A DNA stretch of 55,246 nt. It comes from Bdellovibrionota bacterium FG-1. Lineage in GTDB: Bacteria; Bdellovibrionota; UBA1018. Location: positions 1 through 55,246 of the forward strand of contig JBBCAW010000137.1 in NCBI GenBank assembly GCA_051382295.1, in the 5' to 3' direction. This document shows, piece by piece, positions 40,351 to 48,539 of this stretch (positions within the stretch are counted from its first letter, which is position 1; the number at the start of each line of letters is the position of its first letter). Both the position numbers and the translations under genes were made by a program. The notes beneath the pieces are model-generated. The model did no database searches, was not told the origin of the DNA, and saw only the letters and a program-made list of their open reading frames with translations.

Positions 40351-41460
40351 ATGCGTTCACACCGACTGGGCTTGCTTCTCCTTATTTTAATCGAGCTTCC
40401 CTTGATCTCGATGGCCGCGCCGGGAGGTCAACCTTCCCCGGGTGGTTGTAATTTGACACCCGTCCTTCACAGGATTTTGGGTGATGATACATCCAGCCCC
40501 CCCCTGATCCCGTCCTTTTCAGCCCAATTGCGCGAGCAAATGGGACCGGAAATGCAAAAAGAGCTCGAAGGCGTCATCCAAGGTCTAGCCAATCGATTTG
40601 GCTCTGATTTAGAACAACCCAAAAAAGTTGAAATTATCGGCGTGGGTCCGGGCATGGAAGCCGAGGCGGATTATTTTTTTCCGAAAGAAGCTAAGGCCAT
40701 TCGACTGTCGTATCCGTTTACTCTCACGGATCCGCACCTACTCGGGGCGGTGTTGGCTCATGAGTACGGCCACCTCCTCTTTGACCTGGCAGTGGAGCAA
40801 AATATCAAAACGCATCCTTTATCAGGGTTGCAAAAATACTATCACATCTTTCGCCAGTGCCTTTCACTCGAAGCCGAGATGAGCAAAATCGCCGAGCGTC
40901 TCCCTCTCCTCTGGCAACAGAGCGTCCTCTTGGAAAAGGAAGGTAAAATCAAAGAGATGACCGCGCTGAGAACGCAATGGGAAGAACTCCGAAAAAAACG
41001 AGCTGACCTCTTGGAGCAAGATACGAAATTAGCGGAAGGGATCGATTTAGCCGGCCTGATCAATCCCTACCACGAACTTTTTTCAGATTTGGTGGCCGCC
41101 ACCTACAAGAATGACGGTTCCATCATGCGCAAAGCGTCGACGCTTCCAGGCCCTCAACCTCAAGAGGGCGAGCCTCCCGAATTTCGCGACCTCACCTTAC
41201 CTCGCTCCGCACAGAAATGGACATCCTCTGAAGTCCATTCTCAATTAGCGCCGGCGGGTGCGTATATCTGGCAAAAAATACTTCAAAAAGGGTCAGAATC
41301 CCCAGATTCTGGGGCCTATTTAAAAGGAGTCGCCGAAGTCTTCGCCACCGAACTCAATGAGCGCCTTTCAAATCCACGGCTTCGGGATATTTCACCCGAA
41401 AAAGCCAACCTCAGACTGATCAAAAAACTAGATACGTACATTAAGAAAATCAATCCTTAA
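40351..41460 (+). CDS. Secreted gluzincin-like (HExxH...E) protein with coiled-coil insertion
   Basis: Signal peptide; LAHEYGHLLF and downstream PYHELFSD. Confidence 0.7.
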   Translation: MRSHRLGLLLLILIELPLISMAAPGGQPSPGGCNLTPVLHRILGDDTSSPPLIPSFSAQLREQMGPEMQKELEGVIQGLANRFGSDLEQPKKVEIIGVGPGMEAEADYFFPKEAKAIRLSYPFTLTDPHLLGAVLAHEYGHLLFDLAVEQNIKTHPLSGLQKYYHIFRQCLSLEAEMSKIAERLPLLWQQSVLLEKEGKIKEMTALRTQWEELRKKRADLLEQDTKLAEGIDLAGLINPYHELFSDLVAATYKNDGSIMRKASTLPGPQPQEGEPPEFRDLTLPRSAQKWTSSEVHSQLAPAGAYIWQKILQKGSESPDSGAYLKGVAEVFATELNERLSNPRLRDISPEKANLRLIKKLDTYIKKINP

Positions 41461-41940
41461 CGCAATTCAAACTCTCCTGCCATGACTCGCTCGCCGCATT
41501 ATCATGATCTGCGGTCACTGTTTCCATCAAAGTCTTAACCCAACTTACATGGTCGAAAATCAGCCATCCGCCACGATCACTTTGGCATGCATATACCCGG
41601 GTTTGCCTGCGATCCGATCTGAGGCATCAAAAAACTTCGAAGCCACTCCCACCTGATCAAACTCACGATAAGTCTTTTGAATCGTCTGAGCCATCGAAGG
41701 GATTGCATTTTTCACCCTTCGTGAGAGCGCGGCCCGAATGAACCCAAGCACGGTCGTATCGCCCATCGTATAAATCTCGATATCGACCGACTTTTTTGCG
41801 TTATTCAATAACGGTAGAAGAGGAGAGCCGAGTGAATTCACATAGACACCTGGAGCCGGTGGTAGGTTCATCGGGGGAGCCGCATACGTCCATCCTGAAC
41901 GCAAAATTCCTAAAAAAGCAAAACGCTGAACAGAACCCAT
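41458..41940 (-). pseudogene. Deleted phospholipase D/Nuc-family gene
   Basis: LLNNAKKSVDIEIY...IRAALSRRV followed by YMHAKVIVAD (HKD motif) and a premature stop; GS-x-N motif absent; C-terminal-like residue stretch continues out of frame. Confidence 0.7.
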
Positions 41941-42323
41941 GGCGTCCTCCCGACTGAAAGTTAAATAACCTTTCTGACGGCGCAGCCAATGAGCAAGGGA
42001 TGGACCAACGCTGAATCCTTCACGAAACCCCGAAATTACTGCGTTTTCCGCTTAATTTCACAAGATCTCAGAAAGGCAAAGAGGCCCCAGGCTCAATCTG
42101 ACCCTAGCCGTTCACACACCGAGGACCAAACGAGCCAGATTTTGTTGGACTTCAGAACGCGTACGATCAAACCGTATTAACGTGTCACTCCAAAAACTTG
42201 GATCGCTAGGCGCTGTTCGGCTGACTGATTCAACTCACCTCGATAAAAAGAAGGAAACAGGGAGCGACTGAAACAGGAACCGTGAGGGCCGCAAAAACAA
42301 TCGCACCGAGAATCACAATGAAT

Positions 42324-42367
42324 CGTAAAGGGCGCCGAATGAAGTCAGCCCTTTCCGCGGCAGCAGG
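42324..42367 (+). repeat. 44-bp near-copy (40/44) of 45482..45525 inside the TIGR02147 gene
   Basis: CGTAAAGGGCGCCGAATGAAGTCAGCCCTTTCCGCGGCAGCAGG versus CGCAAGGGGCGCGGAATGAAGTCAGCCCTTTCTGCGGCAGCAGG. Confidence 0.9.
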
Positions 42368-42455
42368 TTGGTCGAACTCATATAAATTTCAGAAATGCTA
42401 AATGCTAATAACCACCTGAAATATAATGATAATTATAAAACACATATAAACATCA

Positions 42456-42486
42456 TTGACAATACATGTACAATACATCTAAATAA
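42456..42486 (+). promoter_or_regulatory. Putative promoter with an overlapping direct-repeat operator
   Basis: TTGACA at 42456 in an AT-rich tract; ACAATACAT occurs twice (42459, 42470); -10 box not canonical. Confidence 0.45.
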
Positions 42487-42489
42487 TGA

Positions 42490-43959
42490 ATGATGTTTAC
42501 TGAGGAACAAAAAAAGCAGTTTGAGCGCCTTCTCCGGCAAAGTTTGGACTCACTTTATTCACAAGAGTTCAATGAACTTGACTGGAAGGGGGCGCTTTCT
42601 GTTAAGACTGAGCGACTCAAAGAGCACCTTTCCGCATTTTCGAATTACCCTGGTGGTGGCTATCTCGTTTTTGGCGTTGAAGATAATGGAAACATCGCTG
42701 GTATTTCTGCGGCCGAAGCGAAATTAATCACGCAAAAGCTCGGCAACATTGCTCGGGAGGGATTGGAGCCGGCCATATCTCTCGGCTTTTACCCAGTAAC
42801 TTTTCGAGACAAGCCTATACTAGGCGTGCATATCCCCGAGTCCCTGGAAAAGCCGGTCCGCAAACGGGGAAACTCGTTGGAGCACAGTTTCATTCGATCA
42901 AATGGAACCACAAGAAAGATGTCGACCCAGGAACTCCGTATCTCGCTGATCGGTTCGCGTTCTCTTCGGTTTGAGGAACTTCCGGCAGCAGTATCGCCCG
43001 AAGTGGCGGGGGACCTGATAAAATATTTCGACTTTACAGAAGTTAATAAGCGCTTGGGGCGCTCGAGCACGGATCCAGACCTAGAATTCCTTCATGCAAA
43101 TAAGTTGTTGACGAAGTCAGGAGATCATTATTTGCCGACCAATCTGTGTGTCTTATGTGCTGCACGGGACTTGAGCCGATTTCCTGGATACGAACGATAC
43201 GCGGTTCGTGTAACACGTTTTGTTGGTCGAAGTCGGTTGTCCACAAAAGGTGATGAGTTTTTTAATCAAGGCCTCTCGCTCAGTCTCGATAAGATCGTGG
43301 GACACATTATTCGTCAGCTGCCTTATAGCGAAATTGTGAAAAAAGCGACGCGTATCGAAGTACCGTTGATTCCTGAGAATGCGCTTAGAGAGATCATTTC
43401 GAATGCTGTGATTCATCGCGACTATTCAAAAACGGCAAGTTATATTACGATCGATATCTTTGATGATCGCATTGAAGTGACAAATCCAGGCACTCTTCTT
43501 CCGAATATACGAGTCGACAGACTGATTGACCATCCTTCAGAAACACGCAATGAAGTTCTGGCTGATCTGATGCGAAAATTAAAGTTTTGCGAAGAAAAGG
43601 GAACTGGAATTGATAAGGCCGTAGCAGCTATGGAAGTGCACGGCTTACCTCCTGTTAAGTTCACTCCACATTCTGATTTTTTTCGAGTGACTCTATTTGC
43701 TCCTAAGGAGTTCAATGAGATGGAAAGGGACGAGCGGATCGAGGCCGTTTATCAACATGCGAGCCTGAACTTTGTCGCGAATAAAAAAACAACCAACACT
43801 TCGATTCGGGAACGCTTTCACTTCGACGAACGGCATTCTACTAAAGTGACTCGTCTTCTGGCAGAGGCTGTCGAAGTGGAACGGATTCGTCTCGCTAACC
43901 CCAAAGCATCCCCTCGTGACATGCATTACTTTCCATATTGGGCGCCAAAATCTCATTGA
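42490..43959 (+). CDS. Schlafen/AlbA_2 domain + HATPase_c_4 (RecG-C-like) + C-terminal wHTH protein
   Basis: ELDWK...SAFSN..GGYLVFGVED; ALREIISNAVIHRDY, DRIEVTNPG, RNEVLA...EEKGTGI; C-terminal TNTSIRERF...YFPYWA. Visibly more AT-rich than the core genes. Confidence 0.88.
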   Translation: MMFTEEQKKQFERLLRQSLDSLYSQEFNELDWKGALSVKTERLKEHLSAFSNYPGGGYLVFGVEDNGNIAGISAAEAKLITQKLGNIAREGLEPAISLGFYPVTFRDKPILGVHIPESLEKPVRKRGNSLEHSFIRSNGTTRKMSTQELRISLIGSRSLRFEELPAAVSPEVAGDLIKYFDFTEVNKRLGRSSTDPDLEFLHANKLLTKSGDHYLPTNLCVLCAARDLSRFPGYERYAVRVTRFVGRSRLSTKGDEFFNQGLSLSLDKIVGHIIRQLPYSEIVKKATRIEVPLIPENALREIISNAVIHRDYSKTASYITIDIFDDRIEVTNPGTLLPNIRVDRLIDHPSETRNEVLADLMRKLKFCEEKGTGIDKAVAAMEVHGLPPVKFTPHSDFFRVTLFAPKEFNEMERDERIEAVYQHASLNFVANKKTTNTSIRERFHFDERHSTKVTRLLAEAVEVERIRLANPKASPRDMHYFPYWAPKSH

Positions 43960-44208
43960 GTGGGGTGGAAAATGAAATGAGCATCCACATACAATACCCG
44001 AAGAAGTAGAATGCTTTAAAGTTCAATAAAATCAAATAGATTGTACAACACACTCACAACACATTGGATGCCCTTGAGGCGAAAGCAGAAGTTTGCGGCC
44101 GTGGTTTTGGATGAGGTGAATGCGTTCATCGATGCTCGCACCCCCCAGTGAAGGTTTGATCCTGTCTAGAATAGCCCGGAGGTCAGGAGCTTTCGAGTAA
44201 GTCGCAGC

Positions 44209-45240
44209 CTAGTTGTCGAGCACTTCCCTCGAGGCTTCAGACCTTGCAACTCTTTCCAGCGTTTCTGTGAGGCGTGGCTTCAGAGAGGAGAATTTAAAAG
44301 AATTAAAGGGCAGGTTATTTTTCAAGGCATCATAAACAATTTCAATATCCGTTGAAGCGTCAGCGCGTTGATTGAGATGATCCATTCTATTTATGTCGTC
44401 TAAAATTTCAAAATTACGAATTTTCAATAGAACGCGCTTCATGGCTAACAGGCAGTCCCTAAGTTCAGGGTTCTGATCGCACTTGGAAACGAATTCGGGG
44501 CTATAGTTCCATTCTTTGGTGATGCTGTACGTGCTTTGCAGCTTTTCTTGAGTTTTCTTTTCAATCAGCGCTTGCTGCTCCTTTTCTTGATTTTCGATCA
44601 ATTCTTCCCGTGCTTTTCGTTCGCGGATCTGCGTCGCCGTTTCATATTTTTGTCCACAGAAATTCAAGATTTCCTGAGCAAGTTCGGCTTCGTCCAGAAA
44701 TGGCTTGGCCATGAGTACGCGGGTCATTCTTCGAACTTTGGCATGGGCGTCTTCGTCCAGTTCTGTAAAATTTGAAAGAAGTGCTTCATGGATAATGAAA
44801 GCACCTTTCTGCGTTAACCCGCGTAGTCTGGACTGGAATAGCGGTGCTGAAATCCAGATCTCACTGTTTGTCTGTCTCGCAATCTGGTCGCTGCTGAACG
44901 GCAGCCCAGTAATGCGGCTTGACGCACGTTCAAGTCCGGCCGGTACCATGATCCAGCTTTTAGAGGTGAGGAGCCATTCCAAATGATCTGCGAATCCGGG
45001 CACTCGTTCCCGGATCTCTTGAATGGTTGGCGCCACGACTTGCTTATAACCGGAGATTTTGTCTGGGCTCATAAGGGGGAGGAGGTCGACAAGTGTTCCG
45101 TCGATGCCATTGCCGCCACCGCTCGTATTACCGCCCTCCTTCATGGCATGGGCGCTAGGAATCCCAGCGCTTAAAAGCGTGAGCATTCCAAGGGCAAACA
45201 AAAAATCCAATTTCGGTTTTACAAAACTTCGAATCTTCAT
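44209..45240 (-). CDS. Secreted protein with GG-x-x-SGGGNG motif and HEA motif
   Basis: Signal peptide ending AHA, then MKEGGNTSGGGNG; QIARQ...EIWI...FIIHEALL; divergent from TIGR02147. Confidence 0.8.
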   Translation of the reverse strand: MKIRSFVKPKLDFLFALGMLTLLSAGIPSAHAMKEGGNTSGGGNGIDGTLVDLLPLMSPDKISGYKQVVAPTIQEIRERVPGFADHLEWLLTSKSWIMVPAGLERASSRITGLPFSSDQIARQTNSEIWISAPLFQSRLRGLTQKGAFIIHEALLSNFTELDEDAHAKVRRMTRVLMAKPFLDEAELAQEILNFCGQKYETATQIRERKAREELIENQEKEQQALIEKKTQEKLQSTYSITKEWNYSPEFVSKCDQNPELRDCLLAMKRVLLKIRNFEILDDINRMDHLNQRADASTDIEIVYDALKNNLPFNSFKFSSLKPRLTETLERVARSEASREVLDN

Positions 45241-45409
45241 ATCGAACTCCTCAGTGGGATGTCGGGGCAGCAACCCGGGATTAATATCATACGCGCTGCA
45301 TTGCGTCAGTAATTACCGATGTTTTTGGTCTTATAATAGGTGAATTTAATTAAATTACGTGATAAAATTTAATCTAAAGAATAGTTTAATCTATTAAACA
45401 TTCGATTTT

Positions 45410-46234
45410 ATGGAACAAATATCAGTTTTTGATTATCTAGATTATCGGCAATATCTCGTCCGATTGATTCGTTCTCGCCCACGCAAGGGGCGCGGAATGA
45501 AGTCAGCCCTTTCTGCGGCAGCAGGCTGTCAGATGGCTTACCTGTCTCGAATCCTCGGGAGCCAGGCCGATTTCAGCCTGGAACAGGCGGATGCCGTGAG
45601 CCTTTATTTGGGTCATTCGGAGCAAGAGACTCATTTTTTTCTCTTATGTGTTCAATACGCGCGAGCAGGGACAGAACGCCTTCGGGGGCGCTTTCGAAAA
45701 GAGCTTGAGGAAATCCGAAAGCGGCGACTCATTTTGAAAGAAAGATTTCAGGTCAAGACCACCCTATCGGTAGAAGATCAAACGACCTATTACAGCACCT
45801 GGCTTTATTCGGCGATCCACATGTGCGCATCGGTCCCCGCATTACAAAACAAGGAAGTGATGGCAGCCCATCTCGGAATTTCAGTCACCAAGGTCGCCGA
45901 GATTCTTGAATTTCTCCTAGGTACTGGAATGGTCGCATTCGAAAATGGCAGTTACCACTTGGGCACAGCCCGCCTGCACCTAGGGAATGACTCCCCTCTG
46001 ATTTCTAAGCACCACACCAACTGGAGAATTCAGGGCATCCGATCTTTTGATCGCGACGACAAATCCCAAAAGAATGAAGATCTTCACTATACTTCGATCA
46101 TTAGCCTCTCCCGTGCAGACCAAGTCAAACTCAAGAACCTGATCGTCAAAACGATTGATGAATTTAACGCCTTGGTCGCACCGTCTCCCGAGGAAGAAGT
46201 ACATTGCCTGGCGCTAGATTTTTTTCGAGTCTGA
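45410..46234 (+). CDS. TIGR02147/DUF4423 family protein, putative HTH regulator
   Basis: VFDYLDYRQYL, YLSRILG...SLEQA, YYSTWLYSAIH, HHTNWR, LHYTSIISLS, LALDFFRV. Confidence 0.9.
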   Translation: MEQISVFDYLDYRQYLVRLIRSRPRKGRGMKSALSAAAGCQMAYLSRILGSQADFSLEQADAVSLYLGHSEQETHFFLLCVQYARAGTERLRGRFRKELEEIRKRRLILKERFQVKTTLSVEDQTTYYSTWLYSAIHMCASVPALQNKEVMAAHLGISVTKVAEILEFLLGTGMVAFENGSYHLGTARLHLGNDSPLISKHHTNWRIQGIRSFDRDDKSQKNEDLHYTSIISLSRADQVKLKNLIVKTIDEFNALVAPSPEEEVHCLALDFFRV

Positions 46235-46264
46235 ACAAAAGACAGTGAACACCGACGTCGGTGT

Positions 46265-48310
46265 TCACTTAGGAAGCTTCACACCCAATGGACGAGCCGC
46301 ATTTTGCGCTTTCAAGAAGCGGCGCAACGACCCTTCGACCGAGGCATCACGCAACGAGTGGAAGGCAGCCTTCTGCTCATCCGTGCACTCAAACTCCACT
46401 GACTTCGGCAAATTCGAGCCGACAAACGTCGACACGCCGACACCGCCGTCAGTCATCCACCAAGCCTGGCCAACGCCGTATTGATAGGATGGAACATGAG
46501 CGCCACCCACCGGCAATTTGCCGATCGGCTTTCTCACTTTCGAAACGTTTTGAACAGGCACCACCGGAGTCGGAATCTTCACCGTCCGAAGCGCTCTTGC
46601 CCGAGCCGTACGAGAAGGCAACGAAATCATCGCCTGCGCCGACATCCCTCCGCATTGAGCGGATTCGCCATCGCTGTAACCACTATCGTATCCGCTGTTG
46701 TAGCCATCCGTGTACCCCGAAGAATACGAATCCGAATAGGCCGCGCTATAATCCGCATTATATGCCGGCGTGTAATTATTGTTGTACCCAACGTTATAAC
46801 CGTCCGCGTAGCCCGAGTTATAGGCTGCCGTGTAGGCATCATTCACACCCGTATTGAGACCACTTGGATAAGCCGCATTGTAAGAATTTTTATAAGCGGC
46901 TGCGTAAGACGACGTGTAGGCGCTGTTGTAACACTGCGTGTATTCAGACGCGGTTCCTGCCGCAAATCCGTCGCCTTCGCCCTGCGCTTGGCCGTCAGCA
47001 TAACCTTGGGTTTTGCCCGCGGCAATGCCCGCAGCCTTGCCGGCATCGTACCCATCATGATAACCGCTCTGATACTGAACATTGGCCGCTTTTGCCGCCT
47101 CGTAAGCATTGGTATAAGCGCTAGAGCTATACGTTCCGTTGTAACCTTGGTTGTAACAAGCCTGCACAAACGCCGCGGCGGGATCGGCGGGACTGAGTCG
47201 AGCTTGGGAGTTCCCAGAATTATTCCCAGAATCTGCCGCGCCCGGACAGCTCGCCATACTTCCATCCGCATAACCGTCATTGTAGCCTACGGATTGACCG
47301 TCAGAGTAACCTGCACCGTAACCGTCGTAATGCCCAGCCGCTGCACCGTCATTTGCACCAGAATACGATGCATCGCTTGCACCCACGTATTGGCCGGCAT
47401 TGTAACCATCTGAGTAACCATTTCCGCCACCCCCAACGATGCCGTCACTATAACCGTCATTGTAGCCGTCATAGTTACCATCGTGACCACCAGCGGCCAC
47501 GCCCGCATTGATGCCGGCATTCTGTCCCTTCGAGCAAGTAGCCGGATCAGTTAGGCCGCGATTCAGACCATCCGAATACCCAAAATTATAACCGGCGTCG
47601 TAGCCAGCTGCACTATGATAACCGATATTGTAACCATCACTATGACCCTTGGATTGGCCGTCGTTCTTGCCCCCTTCGTAGGTCAGCGCCTGGCCGTCTT
47701 TCGTGCCACGGATCGCATCCTTCGCCATCTGGTCCTTCGCAGCTTGAACTCCTTGCCCCTGCGCCGCATTCATCTCAGGATAGACGTTGCAATCCAGATG
47801 ACTTTCTCCGAGTAACATTAAACTCACAGCTTTAGAGGTCACGGGGTCCGTGCTGCTCACGCCAAACTTCGTCGCGTAAGTGAAAGTCAGAGTTGTATTG
47901 AAATTCCCCACCGTGACAGGATTATATTCTACGGTAACCAGGCATGCGCCCCCGCCCGCCGTCAGAGTCATCCCCGCCGTGCAGGGTTGAATACCGGCTT
48001 GAGCCGCCAACGTGTCTTTTGCGGCGAAAGGCGCTGAGAGAGTCAAATCAGCCGAAGTCACGCCTTGCAGGGTGGCGTCCATGTCTCCCGTATTAAACAC
48101 CGTGAAGACCTGCGTCTTTGAGGTCAAAACGGCGATGCTTCCAAAGTCAAAAGGGACCACTGCGCCCAAACCAGAAGCACTCGCGCTCGCTCCCACTCCA
48201 ATTCTAACATTGGCCCCCGGAAGATTATCTCCCGTTCCGTTACAACCTGTGACCAGGGCGGCGGCAAAAATCAAAAGACAACTCATTCGAGGGGCGCGAA
48301 ATTGAAACAT
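46265..48310 (-). CDS. Lipoprotein with Ig-like (ASH/choice-of-anchor D) domain and long (G/A)-Y-x-x tetrad repeats
   Basis: Lipobox LVTGC; DFGSI...FTVFNTG...PF...C...TL..GG.C.VTVEY.P...G.F pattern; roughly 350-380 aa of GYNDG/AYxxA repeats. Confidence 0.85.
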   Translation of the reverse strand: MFQFRAPRMSCLLIFAAALVTGCNGTGDNLPGANVRIGVGASASASGLGAVVPFDFGSIAVLTSKTQVFTVFNTGDMDATLQGVTSADLTLSAPFAAKDTLAAQAGIQPCTAGMTLTAGGGACLVTVEYNPVTVGNFNTTLTFTYATKFGVSSTDPVTSKAVSLMLLGESHLDCNVYPEMNAAQGQGVQAAKDQMAKDAIRGTKDGQALTYEGGKNDGQSKGHSDGYNIGYHSAAGYDAGYNFGYSDGLNRGLTDPATCSKGQNAGINAGVAAGGHDGNYDGYNDGYSDGIVGGGGNGYSDGYNAGQYVGASDASYSGANDGAAAGHYDGYGAGYSDGQSVGYNDGYADGSMASCPGAADSGNNSGNSQARLSPADPAAAFVQACYNQGYNGTYSSSAYTNAYEAAKAANVQYQSGYHDGYDAGKAAGIAAGKTQGYADGQAQGEGDGFAAGTASEYTQCYNSAYTSSYAAAYKNSYNAAYPSGLNTGVNDAYTAAYNSGYADGYNVGYNNNYTPAYNADYSAAYSDSYSSGYTDGYNSGYDSGYSDGESAQCGGMSAQAMISLPSRTARARALRTVKIPTPVVPVQNVSKVRKPIGKLPVGGAHVPSYQYGVGQAWWMTDGGVGVSTFVGSNLPKSVEFECTDEQKAAFHSLRDASVEGSLRRFLKAQNAARPLGVKLPK

Positions 48311-48482
48311 ACTATTCTCCAGTTGGGGGTGTCGTACTTCAATTCAATGCATCGCGTCAATACTTTAAAACTAAAACACCCCATTATTTTCATACTGACC
48401 CTGAAAAAATGACCCCAGTCCCACTCCGCCCATCTTTTTCGCCAAGTCCAGGAACGAATCAAATCAAGGACTTCTAGCTCTT

Positions 48483-48510
48483 TTGACAGTGGTACGAATT
48501 CTGCTATGGT
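48483..48510 (+). promoter_or_regulatory. Putative sigma70 promoter for the metalloprotease gene
   Basis: TTGACA (48483), 16 bp, TATGGT (48505) with TG extended -10; GGGAGA RBS before ATG 48540. Confidence 0.5.
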
Positions 48511-48539
48511 CCGTTCCAACTTTTGGGAGATTGAAAAAA

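Noticed and set aside
41989..42180. 63-aa plus-strand ORF
   Set aside because: No RBS or motif; lies in a decayed region.
42324..42367. 44-bp duplicate as a CRISPR spacer or a DGR template/variable repeat pair
   Set aside because: No flanking CRISPR repeats, no reverse transcriptase, and mismatches are not adenine-specific but mostly synonymous.
46288..47520. Long antisense or alternate-frame ORFs such as 46481..47413 (+, 310 aa)
   Set aside because: Shadows of the low-complexity Gly-Tyr repeat gene; no protein-like motifs.
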